A DNA stretch of 64,000 nucleotides, taken from NCBI GenBank assembly GCA_951406725.2, contig OX597831.1:10416001-10480000 (forward strand), given 5' to 3'. The notes beneath the pieces were generated by a model that saw only the letters and a list, made by a program, of their open reading frames with translations, was not told the DNA's origin and made no database searches. This DNA comes from Octopus vulgaris (lineage: Eukaryota). Shown here piece by piece: positions 14,996-28,992 of this stretch. How positions within the stretch are numbered: position 1 is the stretch's first letter; the number at the start of each line of letters is the position of its first letter. A program made the translations under genes and the position numbers.

Positions 14996-15048
14996 GAACA
15001 TACGTTTCGACGTGATTTACATCTTTTACACGTCAATAATAAGTGTTC
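14996..15048 (-). ncRNA. Degenerate hammerhead motif
   Basis: Minus strand: gaaca cttatta tt gacgtg...cacgtc GAAAC GTA tgttc. Stems I and II pair, but the core has two G>T changes relative to CTGATGA. Confidence 0.45.
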
Positions 15049-15832
15049 CCCAAACTGAATTACGCATTTAATTGTTTGTATACCATCATCGAAATACCAA
15101 GGTAATCGTATTTCTCTGTATTTCATAAAATTGTCATACACGGCCCGGATAAATAAATCAAAATTGAAGTCAAAGCCTGAGGGATTTCAAGCAGGGTCTT
15201 TGTATTGCAGAAGTCAGAAAGAATTATGTTGAATATGAATTAGGTTCCTTGTAGCCTTTCTTGAGCATACCTATTAACACTTTATGGTTTTAGAATACTT
15301 TTGAAATTAAATCAAAACCTGAGAGCAAAGCAACGTACGCTATATTATTAATTAGAGTCCTAATGACCTCTCGGCGTAACGAATTACTTGTGTATATACC
15401 CACACGTATTTATTTAATTTTATTAGAAATAATTCTCCTCTGATGCTTAGTCTCTTATCATGATAAATATGTTTTTTATTCAGTCTCCTGTCTAAAAGTA
15501 TATGAAGATTTATAATTTTTATACACGTCACTAATAGTCCCTCGGGTAGGAGATGTACTAGTATCTCATTTCGAGAACTTTTGCTCAGAATGAATCTTAT
15601 TTATTTCGATTTAGAACTGTGAGAATCTGCCTGAAATTTTATTATATCTCTTCTGTATATGTGTAAGTGTGTCTGGGTGGTTACGAATATCGTGTTGCAA
15701 CTAACGTCTTCCCCTTCAGTGCCCCTTTGCAAAACCTTGAAAACATCTTGTCTGCTATTACAGCCCCAGACAGATCAATTCATTCTGAATTAAAACTATG
15801 GACGGAAAATATGCAGAAGCCCTTCGTTGTTG

Positions 15833-16200
15833 TTTGGTAAGAAGTTTGTTTCCCAACCACATGGTTCCTGGTTCACTTCTGCTGATTAGCACCTTAGACA
15901 AGGGTCTTGTACTATAGTCTCGGACCGACCAAAGACTTGTGAGTAGATTTGGTTGATGGAAACCCGTCGCATATATGTGTGTTTTTTTGTGTGTGTTTCT
16001 GGCCACCACCATTGATTTACAACCGAGATTGGTGAGTTTGTGTCCCTGTAACTTACCAGTTTGAACAAATGGAGCGAAAGAATAAATATCAGTCTTCAAA
16101 AACAGCAAGTACTGGAGTCGATTCGTTCAACTAAACGATTTTTCAACCTGGTGTTCCTGCATGGTCTCACACTATTGACTAAACACGTAAAAGGGAAAAA
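15833..16200 (+). mobile_element. SINE family A, degenerate
   Basis: tggtaagaagtttg...aaccacatggttcctggttca...gtgagtagatttggttgatggaaac...gtcgattcgttcaactaa. Confidence 0.8.
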
Positions 16201-16209
16201 GACACACAC

Positions 16210-16332
<123 letters not shown>

Positions 16333-16884
16333 CATACACACATATTTATTTAAACATATTTAAAAATATATATTATCGACAACACACACATGATGTATCA
16401 TTTACTTCTTTGCCGGGTCGCTGTGTCTGGGACATACATACATCCCACTTCCCGCTTTCTCAGCCTCGTTTCTTGGTTTACATCCACATGCGTTTGTCGT
16501 TCAGCAAGAGATCCAATGAAAAATATACCCGTCTTCAGAAAAGACGTAATATTGCGCTTCATATTTTTAACAAAAACTATAGACCACGAGAATCAGACTG
16601 ACTTGCCAGGATGATCATTTTTTTCCTTCTGATGCAGATAGGGTCATGTTATAAAATCGTCTCATTTTAATAAAATCTATCAGCGTATATTTTTAGAGAA
16701 TCTTTGCAAAATAAAGACAATTCTTATTTGTGCAAATAATATAGGAATTGTAAAAGGCATGAAAGCGAACACGGCGTTGTCGCTAAATGCACGATGCGAA
16801 CACTGGAATTATGAATGTGTGTGTGTGTATGTATTATGTATGTGCGTATATATGTATGTATATATGTAAGTATCTACGTGTGTA

Positions 16885-16930
<46 letters not shown>

Positions 16931-16934
<4 letters not shown>

Positions 16935-17142
16935 AATTAATATGTGACCATTATTCAATAGCCAAGATAAAACTCTGAGTTTCGGATGCCGAAGTGGAAA
17001 TCCACACAACACCATCTCTTCGGTTATCTGGCCGTCTGAAAAACCCTATTGAATAATTGTCACATATTAATTTACAGATACATTTCCTCTATTTACATAA
17101 TATTGAGGTATCTTTCTTTCTTTTGTTATCTTACCGTTTTTA

Positions 17143-17148
<6 letters not shown>
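16931..17148 (-). ncRNA. Hammerhead motif inside a 31-bp inverted repeat, between (TA)n tracts
   Basis: Arms 16931-16961 and 17046-17076. Minus strand 17028-16966: gataa CCGAAGA gatg...catc c GAAAC tcaga GTT ttatc. Confidence 0.7.
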
Positions 17149-17199
<51 letters not shown>

Positions 17200-17203
<4 letters not shown>

Positions 17204-17700
17204 TTAAATAATGAGGGAGATAAATTAATATTAATTTTAATATCAATTTAAAACCAGTAGTCCAGCATACAAAAAATCTGAGCAATCAGAGAAAATTCTA
17301 ATATATGTGTATATTGGCAGGGCAAGACTGCTAGGTAGTCGGCCGTATGCTAGAAATAGATCATCAACGATCAAACTACAAAGAAAGTTCTCTAGAGGAA
17401 AAATTCAGCGAACACCAGAACCAAATTTGGCGGGCAGGACAGATGAAAATTTATATAAAAATATATAGTGTCAAGTTATAGACAAATTGATGCAATAGAA
17501 TGTTCGCTGATGAGCTGTTGTGCCTGAGCATCTCTATGCATTTGGAAGTTCCATGACATGCCTCTAAATAACCATAATGGTGAAACGCACACAATACGTC
17601 TATCCTAAACCGGTGTTTATTCATAGTTTTCCTACATTTGTTGTGTAACTCATTACTAATGCAGTAGCGTAGTTAATTAACAGCTATACAAAAAAAAAGA
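17200..17700. mobile_element. Penelope-like relic with hammerhead motif at 17507-17600 (+)
   Basis: CTGATGA gctgttgtg...cataatggt GAAAC gcacacaatac GTC. The terminus atgagggag...tcaatttaaaaccagtag resembles the one at 62583. Stem I is not evident. Confidence 0.55.
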
Positions 17701-17811
17701 CTCGGTTATAAAAGTCTATGTTGATCTCTGAACATGACAGGCGTTGTACGTCTCCTTACATTCATAATTTCTACTTATATGTATGTATGTATGTACGTGT
17801 ATATGTATGTT

Positions 17812-17883
<72 letters not shown>

Positions 17884-18047
17884 AATGTATGTATTTATGT
17901 ATATAGATAGATATGCATACACATATACATTTGCAAATACATATGCATAACCACACACAGACACACATAAATATATATATATACACAAATATATGTGTAT
18001 ATACACGTATGTAATTGTAGTATATTTATATAAATACACACACACAT

Positions 18048-18096
<49 letters not shown>

Positions 18097-19999
18097 CATT
18101 ATATATTACATGTATATTATATATTATATAGTATTATATATTTCAAGGAGATGCTCTCTTTTCGTCGACTAGCGGCGGATAGAACTTTTATAAATCAAGA
18201 GGTTATAGTCTATTCTCTCTATATCACTGTGCTTGTCTGTAACACTGAATTATTTTCTCGGATTCATGTCAGCCCTTTTATAAATCCATATAATTTACCT
18301 GAGACGGCGAGATCTCACTACGTTCCCTCGACAACGTTCATAATAGGAGCTTTTGGTTTCAGCCATGACCTATGATGTGTATCCCGGTTTGAATATGACA
18401 CAGCCAAAAATCTACGTATTTTACTTTATCAATAATTAATTAAGGAACCAATTATTAATTTAGTAATTCTCTGAAGCGAAGTTCTTAATTGACGACGTAG
18501 AAGTATTTGACTTAAAGCTTTTAAGTTTAGAGTTGAGTAAACGGACGTGTATTAACATACTATGAATACCCGACTGGCTGAAAACTTCAGTTATATTCAC
18601 GCTAAAGGCGTTCTTTGATATAAAATTATAGAAACGAAACAATGGCTAAATGTTTTGTATATCTGATTAACTATTCATTAGTTCGTGACTTCATAACCTT
18701 TCACTGATGTTCCATTCTATTATTGAGAGAGACATTTAACCCCACTTGTTTCAGTTTACCTTAATCTATATAAGACACTAGATTTTCTTAGTAGGAAGTT
18801 CACCACCATACACTGGCCGTCTATGTAAGGTCGAAGCATATTTATTGTAACCTCTGCTGAAGAAAACAACGTTGGTTTGAGAGACAAACTTCCGAAGTGG
18901 TATGGCTTTGCAAATATTTAACTTACTATAACTCTATCCTATGAAATATAGCAATCACAACTTTAATGATATTGGATGTAAAATTAAACTGCTCTGAATA
19001 ATATTAATTAATTTAAACCTATACTAACTATCACAATCTGTAATGCGCACGACTTCCACCATCACTTCTTACCGTTGCAATTTTGTAGATCACCCATTAT
19101 GAGAGCTAATTTTCCGAAGTTGTTTTGATTTAACTGATGTGGGCATTTAAAAACAATGAAACATTGCTAAAATGATCCCTACTGTCGAAACCGTTACATA
19201 TGTGAAGCAAAGAGACGTTTAGAACTATCTGTATTATTGACATCGTAGTGTGTCATCTTAACGAAAAGAAGTAAGATTTATTTGACATTTTATTCGTCGT
19301 CACAGAATTGTCACATTTGAAATGTTGCGTTCCAGAGCTGTATTATTGATAAATATCAATAATAAGAATAAGTTAACCCTACGTAGCAGTAAGTTATATG
19401 GCTCCGAATTTTATGAATATTTAATATGCTACATTTAAAATTTCCCTCGTGATGACAAGAACGTTAAAGCGTCGAATTAATATTCGTCCATATTCTGTAA
19501 AGCCACTGGGAGTGATTTCCTTCCTCATTACATTTACTCGAACAAAATAAGTGAATTGTATGGCCGGGGTGGGGATTCACAAATAACTTTTCATTACATA
19601 ACATTTTTGTTCTTTTCCAGGGTATGTATCATACCCTGTTGCATAATACAGAATGTTTCATATTAATTATAGTCACATATTATCGGCCATCGTCTGCAAC
19701 AATAGCTATGTAAACTAAGAATTGATTAATTCAGAAACTTGTTCAAATTTATCTGATAAATCCTTTGCTATGTATACGATTATTGTTTATTACATCGACA
19801 TATTAAATCGTCTTATCTAAGTCTTAGTATTGTCTATGAAATTATTGCATTGCTTTTAATGCTCTCTCTCTATCTATATATCTCTCTGTCTCTGTTATGA
19901 CTGTTGTGTTTACAATTGACATTATGGCGGCTCAATATAAATTGCGGCGCTAAAACAAGTGCTTATTTACTTATATTTAGTAAATGGAACTTATATGAA

Positions 20000-20830
20000 G
20001 TTTTTATTTTGACCCCTAGTCCAGTTATGATGCAGCATAGTTTTGTGAAAAAGATGTTTCAAATATAATCCTCTAGACTTCTTAGTATATAATGCTGCTA
20101 CCATTTTAAGCCGGTAGCGTGAAACGAAGTAGCTGAAACGAAGTAACAGCATGCTTCCGTGTAATTCTGTTTTCTGCTCGGGAAAACCGGCTGGTGAGAC
20201 AGTTGTCATACTTCAAACAGCTTACAAAGACGCTGCCATGAGAAAAAGGAAAAATCAAGTTTAAGAGTTGTTTTCTTGCTTTAAGAATGATCACTTGTCG
20301 CTTGATGCGCAATCTTGTTCAAGGCGAGCGTCGACTTCCCGGATAAACGAAAACATTATGAAAATTCATGAAGTGATCGTAGAGGACGGTCGCGGAACAT
20401 TTGACGAATATTTTGATATAACTAGTGTGTCCTGGAGCTCCGGATAAAACATTTTGAACGTTGAGTAGCAAATGAAAGGTATTGGAGAGATATTTGTGCC
20501 GCGCTTGTTCACGAAGAAGAAAAGCTGTTATCACTGAATGCTTGTTGTGAAACGAAAGAACAGTTGGAAATTCATCCGGACCTTTTTTCCAAAGTCACTA
20601 CAGATGAGGAAATCTGGTAAAAATGAAATTTGCAAATGTGGAAGAGGTGAAGAAAACAAAACGACGAAGGCGTTAAAGACATCGTTCCGCAAGGGTTCCA
20701 GGAATGTTTCGGACAGTGGAAGAAGCATCTGGACCGATGCATTGCTTCATATAGAGCCAAACTTGAGGCCAATAAATGTGTAAGCATAGAAAACAAAGTG
20801 AATAAAATAATATTCCAAAATTCCTCCAAT
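20000..20830 (+). mobile_element. Internally deleted, decayed mariner transposon
   Basis: From ~20150: GKPAGETVVILQTAYKDAAM...QV*ELFSCFKNDHLSLDAQSCSRRASTS, resembling the mariner N-terminal HTH. Mariner-like C-terminal region near 20680-20750. Boundaries approximate. Confidence 0.75.
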
Positions 20831-20868
20831 ATATATATATATTTACATACATGCATACATACCTACAT

Positions 20869-20918
<50 letters not shown>

Positions 20919-21186
20919 CATTATTAAAATTATAATGAAGAGTATCTAAAAACAATAGCACAGCAGTCAAAACTCGTTTCTAAAACTACATCAAGTATTT
21001 ATGCACAACCGAGGAAAAACACAAATAGACAAAAAAAAAAAAACAGCAAAAAAAGGGATGACCCCAGGTCCAATGAAAACTTTATCATTACTGTGAATGA
21101 CTGCAGGTAGCCCAAACAGTGTATGTGCTTTAATCAACATACTAATAGACATATACCCAAAATACAAGTAGATACATAAATAAATA

Positions 21187-21266
<80 letters not shown>

Positions 21267-21270
21267 ATAC

Positions 21271-21304
<34 letters not shown>

Positions 21305-21612
21305 CATTTTAATTTCTAGTAACCACCTTCTGGTTCCAGTGGAGATTTTCCAAGACTAACGGTGGAGCAAATTCTTAATTCGTTATGTATACAACAGCCA
21401 ATGCCAGAAACAAACCAGAGCCCCACGTTACGAGAAAGTTCCATCACTAATTCAACAAAAAAATGTCCGGGTTCGTTTGAAAGTTAATCCATTTTAATGT
21501 TTACTTCAATCTTTGGATTGTTGTTCTTGCATAATACCTATAAGTTATTTATTCTCAGGCTGGTCACTTCAAATGATCGGTATTTTAAATAATGATCTTA
21601 TCTTATTTATAT

Positions 21613-21693
<81 letters not shown>

Positions 21694-21859
21694 AAAGTAA
21701 GTGAATGAAATATCCTATGTTTATCGTCAGCATGGAAAATTCATTTAACCGAACCCTGGATAGCAAATTCACGTCAAAAAACACGGTTGAAGCGACCTGT
21801 CAAGTGTAGAAACTCCGGGTTCATGTGTAGAAATTTGTGTGTTGTATATGAATAAATGT

Positions 21860-22209
21860 AAGAATGGAGTCGAACGAAGATGTTAACAAAATTCCCTTAC
21901 TCTCGAAACATGTTTCGAAGACAGCATGTTTTCATTCCAAAGGAATAAAAGGTGCTTTATGCAATTTTCTCTTCAGGAAAGAAAGGGAGCCTCTCTCGAC
22001 AACAAGACATAGTAAACAAAACTTTGTTTACCATGTAGGCAATCATCGAAATTTTTGTTTGTCTTGTTGTCGAGAGAGGCTCCCTTTCTTTCCTGATGAG
22101 AAGATTGCATAAAGCACCCTTTATTCCTTTGGAATGAAAACATGGTGTCTTCGAAACATGTGTCGAGAGTAAAGGAATTTTGTTAACATCTTCGTTCGAC
22201 TCCATTCTT
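21860..22209. ncRNA. 150-bp-arm fold-back carrying a complete type I hammerhead
   Basis: Arms 21860-22009 and 22060-22209. Plus strand: ctttc CTGATGA (22093-22099) gaaga...tcttc GAAAC (22153-22157) atgt GTC (22162-22164) gagag. The minus-arm copy has CTGAAGA. Confidence 0.85.
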
Positions 22210-22210
22210 T

Positions 22211-22269
<59 letters not shown>

Positions 22270-22781
22270 GCATACACACACACATATCACGTAGTATTAG
22301 GGCGTGTACTTATTGAAACAAGCTGTAAATCGACGTGAGTTCTAATAAAAGACGTATTAGAAGGTAAGTGTATACATTTCCAACAAAGGTTTCCTCACAA
22401 TGTATAAATGTCTTAGATGAAGTTTACGAAATATTATCAACATATAACTGAAAGTATTGTAAATAAATATGAAGTGCTAAATAAACTTATATTCATCTGA
22501 ATTTCAGGAGAGAAAGTTGACCCTAGTCTGATGTGATAAATATAGCGAGTTGGTGAGTGTTTTGTTTTGTAAATTTTGTCAAACATTAGATTGGCATTGA
22601 CAAATTCTCAGTTTATTCATCATTTCGCAAAATATTAGCGTAAGTATATCATTTTACTCTTTTATCCTCTTATCCTTTAACTTGTTTCAGTACTAGACTA
22701 AGGTTAAATTCACACATGCATGTGTGTGCGCGCGTGTCTGTTTGCATTATATATTAATATGTATATATATGTATATACATT

Positions 22782-22845
<64 letters not shown>

Positions 22846-25800
22846 GATACGTTAGATAAAAGGATAGATAAGTATGTAAGTGTTTATATATGTACGCATA
22901 TATTCATATTTGTGTGGATGGATGGATGACGTTTGAATTGGTTAAAATAATGTATTTTCGAGAAAAAATGCACTGAAATAATATTGTTCAGTCATTTCTC
23001 CCATACAACGATGAAATATTTTGTAAATTTTCTGAGAAATCTTGGATAATGAGGGAGGTTTTCCATCCTTATGTCTCAGCTTCGCTTATTAGCTTTTACG
23101 CATTTGCTCTCGAGTTGTCAAACACGATTATGCGCACTATGTTCAAGATGTAGACATCGTAAGTGGCTGAATGAAAATTTTCTTTTGCTCCTACAGATTA
23201 GTAATCTAAGTGATTGCCCGGTGAATCTGCTCAGTTATTTTGAAGTAATGGGTTGTAAAATTTGAAGTAACCGATCCTTCGTAAATATATTTTCACTTCA
23301 AATCAGGAAGATTAAAGGAAAAATGTTTTTTTTTTGACGAATTAAAAAAGGATAAAATGATCCACATTCACGTTACCTAAAATGTGTTCCCCAGACTTCT
23401 CTTGATGAGAAACAAAAACGATTGCATAACCATTATTCAAGCTTCGAACATTATGCTTAATGCTTTTATCAACGAAATCCGACATTGTTTCCAAGTGGTT
23501 ATAATTTCAATTAGAATTACGGGTGTGTGTTATACTGAGTATGATTTAAATGGAATATTTATTCCTTCCCTCATGAATAATTCTGCATGTTGGCTAATCT
23601 ATAATGCACAAAAATATGCACACACCTAGACGCATGCAACCGCTCCATCCTGTTCGAATGCAACCTTCAAGGTAGCAATTTAGTGGCATCTCATAGAGTT
23701 GGCATATGTGAAAATTTCGACTAAAACCGTTTTTGTGTCTTTATAAATAAATTCATTTGAAAATTTATCATTAAATAAATAAATGAATGTACATGTTCAA
23801 GACTGTGTGCATATCACTATTATTTGATTTTCAGTTGTTTTCTTGACACAAGGAATATGATTTAAATACAAAGATTGTATTATCTGAAATTAAATCGTCT
23901 TCCTTATCTCAACTTCCAGATAAAATTTTGCTTCAACTTCAATTTATGTACACTATCTTCTGAATAACTTTGCAAGGGAAGAATAAACGATTTTCAAAGT
24001 GGATAACAGAATCTAATATGGTCTCTCATTCTCTTTCTCTCTCTCTCTATGAAAGATAATTATATTCAATATAAACATCCATCGAGATCAGTTTCTTAAC
24101 TTCAAATAATGCAATTCCCTTCTTGACGTCAATGCAGATAATGATATATTATAGATACTTTGTACGTACTTGAAGGCTATTAAAATGTCGTACAATTTCA
24201 ATTGCTATGATGGATGCAATGACAAATCTTTTAAAATCATATGGGTTCTAATTTGTGCTCATACTTTATAAATATGACTATTACAACAATATTTTTAACA
24301 TTTGGAGTATATGGTACATAGTTTCATTCGTTGCATGTATATTATTACAAGATGGCACTTCAGGTTAAGTGATTTGACACAATAGAACATTCTGGATTCA
24401 GTCCAGCATAACAATATTGTTTCACACACTAAGATGAGATATAAGTTGGTGATGGTAGCTAAATGATAATACAAATCATGCCTAATTAGAAATACATCTT
24501 GAGTGTCTCTCCATAAATGTTTTGTTTCGATAAATTACTTCTGGTATTTCGTTCTTTAAAGAAGATTGTAAGCTGTACATAGCAACTAAAAAGTTAAATG
24601 TTATTTGCTATAAAGCAAACGAAATTAATTGAAGAAGACTTAAATGATCTCAATGATTGCTTTGTAGAATTACAGAGAAAGCACTTGTAGAATTTAGGCA
24701 AACAAATACTTGAGATCTAAGAGAATAAACAAAAATTCAAAGCAAAAACAAAACAAGGCCATCGTGTGTCTGCTTAGCCTCAGTCAAAACTGATTTAAAA
24801 GACAATTAATCTAGAACTTTTCAGCCGTAACCACACGCCAACTTATTTTGATAAGTAGGATCAAATTGGCCATTGTGCCATTCCAGCTATTTTCCTTCTA
24901 AAATGATAAAGTTTGATAATTTGAGTGGATTTGAGATAACGTATTTTGCTTTCAACTCCTTTAAAATTATAATATTCAATATTTTTTTACCATTTGGTTA
25001 TTATTTCCACCAAGATGACAAGCCATGAAAGGTATTTTACTTTGGGTTACAGATGAGAAAGGTAAAGAGACATAATTCACGTAAGTTCCCTACATTGTAA
25101 AGTATTTGAAAATCTTGAAGATATACTTTAGCGTGGAGTGGAAAGAATCGGTACCTTTTCGTATGATTTCCCATTTGTTAAAATTCACCTTAAGGGAAAT
25201 ATATCACCTACCGATCGATAAATATCATTATGATGGTGAGTTTAAAACAAGATTTTGTATCTATTTTTAAACGAAATCACTTTTGATTAATATACGGCTA
25301 AACCACGGGTCGTTTCTAACTGAAATAGATGAAAGAAAAGATGGCTAATGGCTTTAATTGATTTCAGATGTATTTCGGTTGTATTTTAGTTCAATATACA
25401 GACGCAGAAGTGAAAACTGGCACCAGTTCTATGTCCATGATAATTCTGTTACAAAGTCACAGATTGGAACTAATCACTAGAATTTTCTCTATGAAACTCA
25501 ATTTGGTATTTATGTTGGTCGAAGCTGAGTTTGCGTAGTTAAACAATTTATTGTTGAACAATGCAAACGTAGTTTGGCAATTCAAATATATTTAGGTAAA
25601 AACAAATAAACGCATTACTAATAAATAAACACTGAACTGATTGGAAACAAATAAATGCTAAGGTTTTGGGTGGAAACCATAGATGCGCGTGAGTATTACA
25701 TTCATTCTATACATTTTGAACCTTTTCCCCGTTGCAACTCGAAGTAGATAAGGCTGTCAATAAAAGAGTGTAAAACTGAAATAATTATTTCAAGCTTTCT

Positions 25801-25867
25801 CAAAGGTTTTCAACTCGTATGTATATATATATGTGTGTGTATATATATATATATATGTGTGTGTGTA

Positions 25868-25919
<52 letters not shown>

Positions 25920-25922
<3 letters not shown>

Positions 25923-26167
25923 ATAAATATTAGGGAATAAATCCAAATTTACAGGGAAAAATCAGATTTAGGATTAAATCCAATTTTATAGTAAAATATT
26001 ATAAAATATTATTAGAGACAAAACCACTATTTTGCAAAACAAACAAGGAAAGACTTAATCAATACATAAAATTTTAATAAATAGTCAATTGACTATTTAT
26101 TAAAATTTTATGTATTGATTAAGTCTTTCCTTGTTTGTTTTGCAAAATAGTGGTTTTGTCTCTAATA

Positions 26168-26177
<10 letters not shown>
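25920..26177. repeat. Perfect 178-bp palindrome (26000-26177) with unique left extension, between (TA)n tracts
   Basis: 89-bp arms with no spacer, centred on caattg. Confidence 0.95.
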
Positions 26178-26232
<55 letters not shown>

Positions 26233-26245
26233 GTATGTATATATA

Positions 26246-26329
<84 letters not shown>

Positions 26330-26415
26330 AATATATATGCATTTATGTATGTGTGTGTGCGCGTGTGTGCGCATAAACATGTACATATATATATATATAT
26401 ATATATATGCATGAG

Positions 26416-26636
26416 TGTTTTATTGTGTCTGGGTTTGTCCCCAATCCATTTGGCAACCCGTATTATTTTGTTTACCTTACCGTAACTTAGTGATTCGCTC
26501 AAGGAGCAGACAGACTGAGTACCAGAACTAAACAATAAAGATTAGAGGCGATTTTTGCGATTATATATCTTGAAGGCAGTCGTTAGCATGGGCGCAGTAA
26601 AATGAGTGAAACAAAGAAAAGATAAATGATAAAGAT
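26416..26636 (+). mobile_element. SINE family A, 3' half, degenerate
   Basis: tttgtccccc...ttggcaacc...cgtaacttag...gcatgggcgcagtaaaatgagtgaaacaaag. Confidence 0.65.
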
Positions 26637-27483
26637 GAGAAGGTAAGAGAATAAAGTGCATATAAAGCCAAAGGTCAGAAAATTGAATAAACTAAGTGCA
26701 TAAAATTCGAATTTATGTGATTATTTACAGCTGTGAAGGATTTCATATCCATGAACCTCAATAAATCACTCGGCTATTTAAATTCTAGATCAAAGTAATT
26801 CACTAAACACTGTGACTTTCATAAACAGCAGCGGAAAATTGGAAATCTATTTCGCTCTCTGATTTAAGGGATCAAGGCAAAAAAAATCTTACCGAAATGA
26901 TTTCCATGTTCACATTGTATATCGTTTAATATCATGCTATCAATTTCATTCATAACTCCCACTTTATATCCTCTCATCGCATAAGAGTCTGTATATCTTT
27001 ACTTTCAACTTAAGTGCAGATATTAGTTCAACGTCCCCAAGAAAATGTCATTCATGTAATGCTTTTCATTATCAAAGAAACATAAATATATCCCCAAGAG
27101 CTCAACGTTCAAAGTAAATCGATATATTTACGAATCGAAATAAAAATTTGTATTTCTTACCTTGTTTGATTTCATACATCTCAAATAGTAATATTCACCG
27201 AACCTTGTTACAATTAAGAACAACGATGAAATGTGTCATAAAACATGGCGTCTACGTTTATTTTCTAATCGAGATTCTTCTCATTATCATGACTGAAATT
27301 TTCGCAGGCATATCACTATATCACTATTCATAATAAGTCGAGGAATATCATGCATGTTAAATTACATTAGTTATACTAGTTTTCATTATTTTAGATATGT
27401 CCTACGTAACAAGAAACATCATAAACCCGTTGTTAACATAATCAAACATTAGACCTAATAATTTATATTTATACGTTCATATA

Positions 27484-27565
<82 letters not shown>

Positions 27566-27575
27566 TATATCTATA

Positions 27576-27610
<35 letters not shown>

Positions 27611-27698
27611 CGATATATAGACATATATATGTATCTCTGTCTCTATAACTATCTATCCATCTATCTATCTCTATATATATATGTACATGTATATATAC

Positions 27699-27736
<38 letters not shown>

Positions 27737-28229
27737 ATGTGTGTGTATATGGAGCTTACCCCAATGAGTCTGCTTGAGTTATGTGCTGGTAGCACGGGTT
27801 ATATTATGTAATAAAATAGTTAATATACAGTAAACCTGCTGCGAGGAGTGTAGAAAATGTTCAAAAGACGATTTAGTTATACATGCGCACATAGGTGTGT
27901 GTCATCAAAGGCAATATTGTGGCGTTTTCCCTAAAATTGCTGTATTATAGCGGTCACCCTATTCAATCGCTCGAGAACACGTAGTAAAATGTCCGTGATG
28001 ATGGGGAGTAGGATAGTGCACGAAACAGCTGTGAACACCGAACAGACGGAGTAAGTGTGAGAAAAGGTATCTGGACAGAGAGATGGGGAGGATAACTACA
28101 CATTTACAAATTGAACTAACCACAAGGTAACATTTTATATTAATAACAAATTGTTTTGCATAAAAAAACACGATGTCACACGTATGTACAACATTCATCG
28201 CTGCCAATCTACACGCACGCGCATAAACA

Positions 28230-28272
<43 letters not shown>

Positions 28273-28467
28273 GCGTTTATATATATATATATATATACAA
28301 ATTGAGATAGGTGTATGTTTATTATCACAATATTAAGTTGAATAACTGAAACGTTGAATATGGAACATATATATGTTTACTAATTTATATTATTTATTTA
28401 CATTATTATGTATATGTATATTTTTTATGCGTATAGGAGTGTGAGTATATGCACTCATATGTATATG

Positions 28468-28840
28468 TATATCTCCGAGGAGGCCTTATGATATTTTTGT
28501 AAATGTCTCATTTATATCTATATATTGACCTACCATAAAAGGCTAATATTGGTAAAATGAGACATACTTATCTACATGGCCGAAACAGCTGTAAGATGTA
28601 ATCTATACTTATATATTTACTTATATTTATATTCTCTTTTTTATATATATTCTACTTATTATACAACATTACTCTTTTATGTACACTTTTTATGTACATT
28701 CCTTTATGTACACTGATTTGTTCTGCTTTTTTATGTTTAACCCTACAGTCTCATATGTGGTGGTTTAATAAAGTATGTGACTGAGTATTATCTGGTAATT
28801 GATATTTGATTTAGATGTATTTCTCCACTTTCTTATCTTA
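28468..28840 (+). ncRNA. Hammerhead with long stem II insert, followed by a tail ending in (TA)n
   Basis: tatatct CCGAGGA (28475-28481) GGCC...GGCC GAAAC (28582-28586) agct GTA (28591-28593) agatgta. Internal hairpin atgtctcattt/aaatgagacat. Confidence 0.75.
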
Positions 28841-28855
28841 TATATATATATATAA

Positions 28856-28992
<137 letters not shown>

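Noticed and set aside
25033-25080. Possible micro-exon (ttacag...CAC|gtaagt)
   Set aside because: Splice-like signals only, which are expected by chance in 64 kb.
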